NCBI GenBank assembly: GCA_021152595.1
Contig: JAGKVC010000001.1
Coordinates: 7,380-71,379, forward strand
Reading direction: 5' to 3'
Length of the DNA: 64,000 nucleotides
From: Clostridia bacterium
GTDB taxonomy: Bacteria; Bacillota; Clostridia; Oscillospirales; Ruminococcaceae
Part shown: piece after piece, positions 16,736 through 25,083 of the stretch
Layout of the letters: every line of letters starts with the position of its first letter
Numbering within the stretch: the first letter of the stretch is position 1
Translations under genes and position numbers: made by a program
Notes under the pieces: model-generated
Seen by the model: only the letters and a program-made list of their open reading frames with translations
What the model was told of the DNA's origin: nothing
The model's database searches: none

Positions 16736-19700
16736 TCATTCATTCAACCACCTCCGGCGTCTGTAGGCTGCGTATCCGGCTGCTGCAAGAAGGATCATGA
16801 TGCCGCCGGTATAGTAGATTCCTTTGACTCCGCTGCCGCCTGCGACAGGAAGTCCTTTGATTGCTTTGTTTTTGACAGTCAGTACAGGCGGATCGTCGCT
16901 GTCAACGGCTGCGCCGCCGCTGTAATCAACCGCGATATACTGATTGCTGTCTTCCTCCTGGATGTAGTAGATGTAACGGTTTCCGTTCGGGCTTACCCGC
17001 GGAAGATTCGGTACGGTTTCTGTCCAATCGCCATCTGCTGTGAGCCAGATCGTCTTGACACATTCGATCTTGTTCGGATCTGCCGGAAGCGGTCCGACAT
17101 TGACCAGATATGTCACCGTATCGCCGTTGACATTCGCGGTGATTGTTGCCGTACCGAAGTGCTTGGCTGTTACATTGCCGTAGCGATCGACCGACGCGAT
17201 ATCGGGATGATCGGAGCTCCATTCGGTAACAGCGACTTCATCGCCGCTCTGATATGCACGCAGCGGCAGGATTTCGTCCAGCAGCAGATCGTGCGGATCG
17301 GTCCGGTCTTCGGAGTGAATCTCAGTACCTTCGTAGGTGCGTACCGTGAAGCTGTGCGGTTCGCCGTTCGGGCTTGTGACGGTCACTGTCACGGGTTCGC
17401 TGATGACTTCATCCGATCTGACTGTGATGGTTCTGTCGTCCAGCGTCCAGTTGATACGCGAATCTTCACATGCAACTGTAAAGTCGCCTGTCAGATATGT
17501 TTCAATCTCAACTGTTCCGGAGCTGCCTGTTCTGAACGAGACCGAATCGGTGTTGAGCCTGAAATCCACGACGTTGACCGTGAATTCACCGGTTTTTCCG
17601 CCATCGGGTTCTGTGGATCGGTCGGTACCGGTAATGGTGTGCGTTCCGCGGCTGTCAAAGCGGAATGTGAAGGTGTTACCGCTGGAAGCGGTCGGCGTAA
17701 TGGTTTCGCCGCCGTCTTTCCATGTAATATCACCGGTATTTCCGCTGACATTTACGGTGCAGTCCTGATTGGTGAAGACTGTCTGTTCGGTCGGGGTGAC
17801 CTTGAAGGATGTTGCCATATCTCCATAAAGGTAGATATTTGTTACCATTAGTCCTGCCGGATCACCTAATTGAATTGATTTCATAACGACGCTTCTGATA
17901 GTAGAGGCATTGTCCAGTTCCCATACTAAATACTTTCCATGCATTTGAGAACTGCTCGGCTGAACACTTGTCCACCAGTTTCCATTAACAATATTGCCAT
18001 AGTTTTGATCTGTCAGGAATAATGTCATACCGTTTTGAACCGGTATTTCGTTGAACTCGAGAACAACTTTTGTTACATTCTCAATCAACGATTGTCCGTC
18101 AGTGCTATAGGCGGACACTTGATAGACATGCTCATTATTACTGGTGTCATTACCTTGATTGACGTTGGGGATTGTTAATAAACATTTTCCCTCAATCTGA
18201 TAATCGCCGCTTGCCCCGAGCAACCGGATCGGTGTACTCTTCACCGCCTGAACTTCAAGCGTTTCAGCGAGATCGACTGCTTTCGAGAGCCGCAGCGCGC
18301 GGGTTCTGGTTCTGGGGGATGCGGAAACGGTTGTATCCGCTGCACTGTTGAAGACCGGCAGATTTGCGGCTGCCCAGTTCGTGCTGACTGCCTTGATCCG
18401 AGCCGGACGCGGTGTCTGCGGCGATGCTGCGGACTGTACAGCCTGCGGCTGCCGGTCGTCCGTATGGCAATCGCTGCGCCAGTCCAGTGCCGAGGATTCG
18501 TTTACATCCGAGCCGCACATATTCGCGTCATAGAAGTAGAGCGAGTATTGCAGCAGCTTGGCGTAGTTTTCATTCGGATTGTCTGCCGCTGCCGTACCGT
18601 TTCCGCCGCCGTATGTCTTTTTGACGCCGGCATCCGGAACACTGGATGCGATATCCGGATCTGTGATTCCGGTCTGGTAGAAGTGATACAATCCTGCTGC
18701 CGCTCCGACAAGTCCTGCATTGTAATCGAGCGCGACCTCATTGCACTGGTAATCGGATCTGAGATCCTGATAGGATCCGTTGGAATTTGTCGGACCGCCG
18801 ACCAGCGCGCCGAGCAGTACATGCTCTGTCGGAAGATTGTCAGCTTCCGTCTGTCCGGAGTTCGTACCGGAAGCTGCTCTGTGATGCGGATTCTTTGGCG
18901 AATTCGCTGCAAAGCCGGTGACGAAGCAATGTGCGGCTGCCGAACCGACTCCCTGATCACCGAGGATGTATTTCATCTGGTTCTTTGCCCATGCTTCCTT
19001 GTCGATTTCGCTTTCGGGATACTTGGAGGCGATCAGTGCAGCGAGCTGTGCGCCGCAGTTGTATCTCGCCGAGCCCCATCCGTCAACGTAGTAATATTCA
19101 TCGGACTTGCAGTAGTCATTCAGCCAGGTTCGCGCGTCACCCCACGATTGATTGATTTCGCCGTTCATGATTGCCGCTGCAAGACCGACTCTGTTCCAGT
19201 TTAGCGTACTCCAGATGCCGGCATTCGGTCCGGCTGTATGGCTGAGATCGGTTTTGTACTGTTCCTCGCCGGTAGCTTTGTAGAGCCACGCTGCTGCCCA
19301 GTCCAGATCGTCCTGCTTTTCTTCCGATGTATAGAATTCATAATCGGTTCCGGTTTTGCGGTTGACTCCGTATTCATTCAGCGCCGGTTTTTGCTTTGCA
19401 AATTCGTAGAGCTTTTTTGCTCGCTCGAGATATGCATCTGCTTTCGGATCCGTCGGGAAATTGACCTTATACTGTGCAAGTGTCGCTGCATATTCTGCTG
19501 CGATATCACCGCCGCTGTCGCCTCTCCAGAAGAGCTGATCTGTTCTTTCGCCCTGAGCTTCCGGAGCGCCCCAGTAATCGTGATCCGTCTGACCGTCGCC
19601 CTTTTGTACAAGGAGTTCCGTGATGTTTCCGTCTGCATCGGTTCTGGCAGAATCATAGAAGAAATCAGCAAATCGCTTTGCGATGATCTTGTAATGCTCT

Positions 19701-20476
19701 GTCTGACCGAGGTTATCGTAGCTGTCCTTGAATTCATTGTAGCTCCAGCCCAGCATGGATGCGGTGTAGCCTTGCGGCAGACCGAACATCACATGGTCGC
19801 CGGCATCGTGGTAGCCGCCGGAAAGTGCGGATTCTTCCTCAACGCGGTACAGCTTGACCTTGACCTCGTCCACGCTCGGATCATTTTCCCACTCCTTCAT
19901 GACTTTCAGGCTGCCGATATCGGGAACGTTTCTGATTGTCATTGTCTCGCCGTTGAGCTGTTCCTGCGTCCTGCCTGCGGTGTTGATTGTGTTCGAGTCC
20001 GTTCCGATTTTCCATCCGACCGGCACCGAAACCTCGCGGATCCGGAATTCCTTGCCGGCAGGAAGATCTGTGAACTGTCCCTTCCAATCGCTGCCCGTAA
20101 GCAGCAGTGTTTTTGCCGAGACGGGGATCCAGCTGCCGTTCTGCTTGATTTCAAGCATCACGGTGATCGAAGACGGCTTGCTGAGCTCATCACTGGTGTT
20201 ATTGTCGTAATCCCAGACTTTTTTGGCGTTCAGCTTCACAGTCTGCATGGTGTTGGTGACTGTCAGCTGATTGCCTTCGCGCTGGTATGCGGTGTCATAT
20301 CCGAGGTAGGGCGTTTCTTTGACATAGTAGTAAAGCTCTTTGTACTCGTTGTCAACGAGCTTGAATGCTTCGAGCTTCTCCCATGTGCAATTCCAGCCGT
20401 TTTCCTCATTCAGTTTCGCTTTGCCGGTCTGCTCGAGATCGTCGTCCCATGTCTCTGCCCATGTTTCAATCGGCAC
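16736..20476 (-). CDS. C-terminal 1,246 codons of the pilus tip adhesin: CnaB domains, permuted GH9, jelly-roll-like module, Ig-like/Big_2 modules and an LPVAG sorting signal. It has no signal peptide of its own.
   Basis: It is in the same frame as ORF 20531..23782 and separated from it by a single TAA. GH9 motifs GGYHDAGDHVMF, NPHHRAASG and DYQCNEVALDYNAG. Big_2-like TEWSSDHPDIASVDRYGNVTAKHFGTATITANV. C-terminus KGLPVAGG + TM + RRRRW. Confidence 0.85.
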   Translation of the reverse strand: MPIETWAETWDDDLEQTGKAKLNEENGWNCTWEKLEAFKLVDNEYKELYYYVKETPYLGYDTAYQREGNQLTVTNTMQTVKLNAKKVWDYDNNTSDELSKPSSITVMLEIKQNGSWIPVSAKTLLLTGSDWKGQFTDLPAGKEFRIREVSVPVGWKIGTDSNTINTAGRTQEQLNGETMTIRNVPDIGSLKVMKEWENDPSVDEVKVKLYRVEEESALSGGYHDAGDHVMFGLPQGYTASMLGWSYNEFKDSYDNLGQTEHYKIIAKRFADFFYDSARTDADGNITELLVQKGDGQTDHDYWGAPEAQGERTDQLFWRGDSGGDIAAEYAATLAQYKVNFPTDPKADAYLERAKKLYEFAKQKPALNEYGVNRKTGTDYEFYTSEEKQDDLDWAAAWLYKATGEEQYKTDLSHTAGPNAGIWSTLNWNRVGLAAAIMNGEINQSWGDARTWLNDYCKSDEYYYVDGWGSARYNCGAQLAALIASKYPESEIDKEAWAKNQMKYILGDQGVGSAAAHCFVTGFAANSPKNPHHRAASGTNSGQTEADNLPTEHVLLGALVGGPTNSNGSYQDLRSDYQCNEVALDYNAGLVGAAAGLYHFYQTGITDPDIASSVPDAGVKKTYGGGNGTAAADNPNENYAKLLQYSLYFYDANMCGSDVNESSALDWRSDCHTDDRQPQAVQSAASPQTPRPARIKAVSTNWAAANLPVFNSAADTTVSASPRTRTRALRLSKAVDLAETLEVQAVKSTPIRLLGASGDYQIEGKCLLTIPNVNQGNDTSNNEHVYQVSAYSTDGQSLIENVTKVVLEFNEIPVQNGMTLFLTDQNYGNIVNGNWWTSVQPSSSQMHGKYLVWELDNASTIRSVVMKSIQLGDPAGLMVTNIYLYGDMATSFKVTPTEQTVFTNQDCTVNVSGNTGDITWKDGGETITPTASSGNTFTFRFDSRGTHTITGTDRSTEPDGGKTGEFTVNVVDFRLNTDSVSFRTGSSGTVEIETYLTGDFTVACEDSRINWTLDDRTITVRSDEVISEPVTVTVTSPNGEPHSFTVRTYEGTEIHSEDRTDPHDLLLDEILPLRAYQSGDEVAVTEWSSDHPDIASVDRYGNVTAKHFGTATITANVNGDTVTYLVNVGPLPADPNKIECVKTIWLTADGDWTETVPNLPRVSPNGNRYIYYIQEEDSNQYIAVDYSGGAAVDSDDPPVLTVKNKAIKGLPVAGGSGVKGIYYTGGIMILLAAAGYAAYRRRRWLNE
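18455..19828 (-). other. GH9 glycoside-hydrolase catalytic domain, circularly permuted (domain-level feature inside the tip adhesin)
   Basis: The core GGYHDAGD...NEVALDYNAG...LYHFY occupies ORF residues ~217-600. It is followed, after a ~35-aa linker, by the canonical N-terminal GH9 segment NYAKLLQYSLYFYDANMCGS..LDWRSDCHTDD (residues ~636-674). Confidence 0.8.
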
Positions 20477-20530
20477 GTCGGTCGGCAGTGTACCGTTGGC
20501 ATAGGCTTCCTGCTGTTCCGGTGTCAGTGC

Positions 20531-23500
20531 TTACGTCGAGCGGTAAAGCTCAACTTTAACTTCCCCGCGCAGGAATTCAAAGTTCTCGTCATTCTTCCAT
20601 TCCTTCTGAACCTTGATGTTCACTGGCTTGGAGTCGTTTTTGATTTTCAGTGTGCTTCCGTCAACTTCCATCATGGATCCGCCGAATCTCGGATCATTGA
20701 TATACAGCTGATGAACACCGTACCATGCGCTGTTCCAATCACAGCTAATCGGAAATGTACCGCCGGAAACGGTTGGCATGTCAAGCACTTCTGCTGTGAA
20801 ATCAGATTTTACAGTAAAATACAGATCATCCGGCTGTGTGAACGGAGTTCCGTCGCCCGGAGCCGGTCTTTCCGTTTCCCGCAGGAAGTAAGTCCCTGGA
20901 GTCAGGTAGCCGTCGCGGACATAGGGGCTTGTCTCCGCCGTTTCAAGGTCGAAATTGACGCTGCCGGTTTCGTCGGTTGTGAGATCGCTCTTGATGAGCG
21001 TGCCGTCCTGTGCGTACAGATCGAATTTCGCATTTGCAAGCGGTGTATCCGGATTCGCGCCCGCTCTGCCGTCATACTTATACAGGCTGAGCTTCATGCC
21101 GTAGATCGTTTGGTCAACCATCTGGATTGTCGCAGGCAGCGTATATGTTTGTCCGTTATACGTGAAACTGCCGGTTCCCTTGTCCCAGATGATCGTGATC
21201 GGATCGGCCCGCTCATATCCTGCCGGTACTCCGTTTTCTTCTTCTTCTGTGAAGGTGTACTCGCCGGTTTCCAGCTTGGTGAAGTCGATCAGGCAGGAAT
21301 CGGAGGTTTCCGAATCCCATGTCCAGCCGACGTCCTCACCGGTGAAGACGTCCTCACCGGTGAATGTGATTGTCGCACCCTTGAGCGGTTTACCGAGTTC
21401 ATCGACCTTTTCAAACAGCAGTCCGGGCCGGTTCTCGAAATACGGGATGTTCTCCGGCTGCGGAAGCGGCATGACCATCAGCGAGAGGGGATCGTAATAG
21501 AAGTGTTCGTCGATCACCTGTGCTTTGTTCAGATCAATCTGAACCGGTGTGCCGTCAATTCTGGAAACAGCGTCAACATAGTACTCACCCTTTTCGTTTT
21601 TCAGGATTGAGAGCTGATATTTGTTTTCGCCGTTTACCTTAATGGTTCTTGTCAGGCCGTTATCACCCGAATCTATGACGGAGAACTGAATCGTCGGGAT
21701 CTCCGCTCCGGATTCGCTGCCCGAATTGAACACTCTGAATGCAATGGTGTAATCCACATTGTTCGGCGTTCCGTTCACGCCGAACTGATGGACCTTTTCG
21801 GTGACATCAATCTGATAATATTTATCAGTCTGGATGTACCGGGCCGGTGCTTTTTCCTCGCGGATGATATAGGAGGAATTGAACGTCGGGTAGATCACCG
21901 TTGGTGTTGGTTCCTCCGGTTCCTCGGTCTGTTCAGCTTCTGTTTCAGGCAGTGCAGATGTTGTTTCCGTTGTCGCGGGTGCCTCCGGCGGAGCATTCGG
22001 ATCGTCTCCGCCTTCGGGTTCATCCGGCGTTTCCGCCTCGGCGGCGGTTTCTGTTACAGTGGTTGTCGTCGTGGTGGTTGTCAGCAACGCCGTGGTATAG
22101 GTTTCGGTATAATCCACTTTCAGCGGAACCGGAACATATACCGGCTGATCCTCTTTACTCAGCCATCTGTAAACAGCCGCTGCGGTTGTTCCTTCTTCAG
22201 CCTCGTAGATTTCTTCCAGAACGAAATGTGCGTTTTCGAGCCGTGTGGTCGTGCCCTCAACGTACTTTTCGACCGGAACCGCATATCCGGTATGCAGGCC
22301 GATGATATCAGCACTGCCGCGGTACGGTCTGTAGCCGAATTCAAGGCCGCCGTCAAAGGATTTTGCGATCATTGCACCGGAAAGGTGACCGTAGCACTTG
22401 TCTGTCGGTGCTGTGACATCCGCCTTCGGTGCAAGAATTGTGCCGTTGAAGTTGCCGCTGAGCTTTCCTGATGTTGCTTCATAGAAGTTATAGAGGACGC
22501 GCTCAGAAAGGATATTGTTGTTGCTGTCATTATCTGTAAAGGAGTTTCCGGTATGGACATTGGAAAATGTTTCTCCGTTGAATGTTGCATCAATCGTACC
22601 GCCGCTGCTTTCCAGAATATCGAATGCCTTGCCGCCGACATTGACAACAACGCTTGCATTCTCCGGAATGTTGGTGAATTCAACGCTTCTTGCGTTGCTC
22701 GGCCATTCATTCAGCGTGAAGTAGACCGTTTTTACATTTGTATCCGGCGCTTCAAATTTGATATGATTTCCCTCGATCACTGCGGGGATTCCCTGCATGA
22801 CTGCGAGCTGTTCGGATCTGCCGTCAACCTTGTCATAGACGTAGTCGATCAGTTCCTTGATGTATTGGAACTGATACATCTGCGCGAGCAGGTTGACATC
22901 GCCCAGATAGCTGTGATGATTTTCGCAGTCTGCATCGGTGCCGGGATATTCAACCACTGCGCTGGCAGAATACGGAACATCCTGCTGACTGTACTGATCA
23001 TACCAGCGCGATTCGTCGAGCTTTGCAGGATTGATCAGCAGCTTCTTGTACATATCATCTTCCGGATCATATACAACTGTATTACCGTTGCGGTGCCAGT
23101 TTTCGGAATCAGCTTTACCGGATTCTTCGTCATAGTTGCCGGTTGAAATGGTATTGATGCGGTAGAGCTTTCCGCCGCAGATGAGATGTGCAAAACCGGT
23201 TCTCTGATTGTCTTCGGTATAGCTGTCTGTCGTGGGCATCGGTTTCAGATGTGCAAAGTCGCCGCTTCCGACCTGATAGTTCCATACATTGTTGAATGTC
23301 AGGTCTCCGCCGATTGCAAGTCTGCCCTCGGCATCCGCGTGATAGACTGTGAAATTGCCCTTGGTCAGCGCACAGAAGTCACTGGCAAGACCTAAGAAAT
23401 ATTCATCCTCTGCCTTTTTCAGTGCATCCTCCAGCGTTTGCGCACCGTTGAGCCATTGGGTTCCGGTGCCTTCTCCGAAGAGGAGCGTCAGCAGCTTGGC

Positions 23501-23782
23501 ATTTTCCGGGCTCCAGACTGTGCCGTTCACGATATTGTCGTCTGCGCGGCAGGAATTTGAAACAACCGTATCAGCAGGAATGCTTCCTGCATCGTATGTG
23601 CCGCCGGAAGCATCCGGCTCGGTGCTTGCGAGCGGCCGCACCATACTGATGCCGGGAACCGCCGTCAGAAAGGGAACTGTCACTGTTACCAGAATTGCCA
23701 TTGCAGTCAAAAACGCTGCTGTCCGGTGATTGTGTCTCTTTCGCGTTACTGTCTCATAGATGTTGTTCAGACCGTCTTTCAC
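20531..23782 (-). CDS. N-terminal 1,083 codons of the pilus tip adhesin: signal anchor, choice-of-anchor-A-like domain, Thr/Pro/Glu linker and SpaA/CnaB-type domains. It ends at an in-frame TAA inside a CnaB domain.
   Basis: The N-terminal TM is AAFLTAMAILVTVTVPFLTAVPG. FTVYHADAEGRLAIGGDLTF is the choice-of-anchor A signature. The ORF ends VNIKVQKEWKNDENFEFLRGEVKVELYRST*, i.e. the first two strands of a CnaB fold. Confidence 0.85.
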   Translation of the reverse strand: MKDGLNNIYETVTRKRHNHRTAAFLTAMAILVTVTVPFLTAVPGISMVRPLASTEPDASGGTYDAGSIPADTVVSNSCRADDNIVNGTVWSPENAKLLTLLFGEGTGTQWLNGAQTLEDALKKAEDEYFLGLASDFCALTKGNFTVYHADAEGRLAIGGDLTFNNVWNYQVGSGDFAHLKPMPTTDSYTEDNQRTGFAHLICGGKLYRINTISTGNYDEESGKADSENWHRNGNTVVYDPEDDMYKKLLINPAKLDESRWYDQYSQQDVPYSASAVVEYPGTDADCENHHSYLGDVNLLAQMYQFQYIKELIDYVYDKVDGRSEQLAVMQGIPAVIEGNHIKFEAPDTNVKTVYFTLNEWPSNARSVEFTNIPENASVVVNVGGKAFDILESSGGTIDATFNGETFSNVHTGNSFTDNDSNNNILSERVLYNFYEATSGKLSGNFNGTILAPKADVTAPTDKCYGHLSGAMIAKSFDGGLEFGYRPYRGSADIIGLHTGYAVPVEKYVEGTTTRLENAHFVLEEIYEAEEGTTAAAVYRWLSKEDQPVYVPVPLKVDYTETYTTALLTTTTTTTTVTETAAEAETPDEPEGGDDPNAPPEAPATTETTSALPETEAEQTEEPEEPTPTVIYPTFNSSYIIREEKAPARYIQTDKYYQIDVTEKVHQFGVNGTPNNVDYTIAFRVFNSGSESGAEIPTIQFSVIDSGDNGLTRTIKVNGENKYQLSILKNEKGEYYVDAVSRIDGTPVQIDLNKAQVIDEHFYYDPLSLMVMPLPQPENIPYFENRPGLLFEKVDELGKPLKGATITFTGEDVFTGEDVGWTWDSETSDSCLIDFTKLETGEYTFTEEEENGVPAGYERADPITIIWDKGTGSFTYNGQTYTLPATIQMVDQTIYGMKLSLYKYDGRAGANPDTPLANAKFDLYAQDGTLIKSDLTTDETGSVNFDLETAETSPYVRDGYLTPGTYFLRETERPAPGDGTPFTQPDDLYFTVKSDFTAEVLDMPTVSGGTFPISCDWNSAWYGVHQLYINDPRFGGSMMEVDGSTLKIKNDSKPVNIKVQKEWKNDENFEFLRGEVKVELYRST

Positions 23783-23826
23783 TGCTGTTCCCTCCTTTCC
23801 GTGAGATTCCGTTCAGGCGGTGCTGT

Positions 23827-24402
23827 TTAAGGTTTGCCGAATGACCGGAGCGGCCAGATCTTCAGGAAGACCGCGCCGATGACATTTTCCTCTGAGATGC
23901 ATCCCACCGAGGTCGATCGGCTGTCCACCGATACGGCACGGTGATCGCCCATAACGAAGTACCTGTTTTCCGGTACCTGATAGGGGAGGTCAATGTCACA
24001 TTCTCCGTAATCCGATTCCTGTATGTAGGGTTCATCGAGCGGCTCACCGTTCAGGATCACGGTGCCGTCCTCCTCGATGTCGATTTTATCACCTGCTGTC
24101 CCGATTACCCGTTTCAGCAGAACCTTATTATTATAATAGAATGCAATGATGTCCCCGCGCTGCACGTTCCGCAGTTTATTACAAAGCAGAATCTCGTCAT
24201 TTTGCAGGGTAGGCGTCATGCTTGCGCCTGTTACGCGCAGCACCGGCAGCAGCATCGTGGAGATCAGCACCGCGGCAGCCGCGGCGACGATCAGCGAGGA
24301 AACCGTATGCAGGACGGATTTTGCAAAGCGCTCGCCGTATTGAAGGCGCCGCATTTCCTCTGCGAGCTGACCGGTGGTCGGTAAGTCTCTTCTTTCCTTC
24401 AT
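23827..24402 (-). CDS. lepB: Signal peptidase I (pilus-operon associated)
   Basis: Ser box GASMTPTL, Lys box LLKRVIG, and VMGDHRAVSVDSR. It has an N-terminal TM. Confidence 0.85.
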   Translation of the reverse strand: MKERRDLPTTGQLAEEMRRLQYGERFAKSVLHTVSSLIVAAAAAVLISTMLLPVLRVTGASMTPTLQNDEILLCNKLRNVQRGDIIAFYYNNKVLLKRVIGTAGDKIDIEEDGTVILNGEPLDEPYIQESDYGECDIDLPYQVPENRYFVMGDHRAVSVDSRSTSVGCISEENVIGAVFLKIWPLRSFGKP

Positions 24403-24629
24403 CGTCTTTTCTTTTTACCCTTTTGCCTGCGTGCGGTATTCGGGTTCGGGGGAGGTGCTGTCTGTACCTGCTCTGCCGGCTTTTCTGCGGCTGCATCGGA
24501 TACAAATGCATCCAGCCGCGCCTGAAGCCTGCCGTTCTCCTCACGCAATTCATCGTTTTCCCTGCTCAGATAGTAGAGGATCTCGATCAGCTCCGACCGC
24601 CTGAGCCTGCGCAACTCTTTGTCCGTCAT
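24399..24629 (-). CDS. Small coiled-coil protein with a basic tail (first gene of the pilus operon)
   Basis: 76 aa with a heptad-like segment ELIEILYYLSRENDELREENGRLQARL and a C-terminal RRQKGKKKRR. It overlaps the SPase start by 4 nt (ATGA). Confidence 0.5.
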   Translation of the reverse strand: MTDKELRRLRRSELIEILYYLSRENDELREENGRLQARLDAFVSDAAAEKPAEQVQTAPPPNPNTARRQKGKKKRR

Positions 24630-25083
24630 ATTCTAACACCTGCTTGAAAATATCCGGCAGAAATATTACATTTCGTATATTTGCATGGATTTTTATGTTA
24701 CTTTCATTTACAAAGAACTATAAACATGCCGAAGCATGTTCTTTTGTCTCCGCTATTCTTTGCGCTTTGTTGCTGTTTCTTTCTGTCATCATTATACCAT
24801 TGTTCATTTGAAATGTCAACCGATTTTGGAGAAAATTTCCGAATTTGCGCCATTTTTATATAGATTAGACAATTTGGCACCCCTCTGATTATGCAATGTT
24901 ACAAAAATGCGAATCGGTATTATGTTGCCGCATGAAAATCGCAGGCTTTTCAGAGTGTTGTACATCATCCGGATATTACGGTTTGTATTATTCAAAATGA
25001 AATCTGCCGCCTGCAAAGCCGGAAATACGGTTGACAAGCTGCGAAATCCTGTGCTATACTATATATATTATGGGGGTGAAAGC

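Noticed and set aside
19517-19525. RGD tripeptide (FWRGDSGGD) in the GH9 region as an integrin-type adhesion motif, or as the canonical GH9 N-terminal WRGDS.
   Set aside because: It aligns with the mid-domain PGSD..AAE region of GH9s, not the N-terminal WRGDS. A chance RGD in a bacterial enzyme core is not evidence of function.
20531-20533. In-frame stop in the tip adhesin as programmed recoding (selenocysteine or pyrrolysine).
   Set aside because: The codon is TAA, not TGA or TAG. I saw no SECIS- or PYLIS-like context. A nonsense mutation or sequencing error is simpler.
19238-21610. Very long antisense ORFs opposite strongly supported genes. Examples: 19238..21610 +, 502..1920 -, 3514..4800 -, 41537..42973 -, 44399..45736 -, 48319..50127 -, 52012..53460 -, 33215..34432 -.
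   Set aside because: Each mirrors a gene with clear family motifs on the other strand. Their translations are Arg/Cys/His-rich and motif-free, and they lack RBSs. This is typical of open antisense frames in GC-rich coding DNA.
24681-25037. Small ORFs (24681..24863 + and 24816..25037 -) in the AT-rich divergent intergenic region upstream of the pilus operon.
   Set aside because: They have no RBS, and their low-complexity hydrophobic or basic translations are typical of AT-rich promoter DNA.
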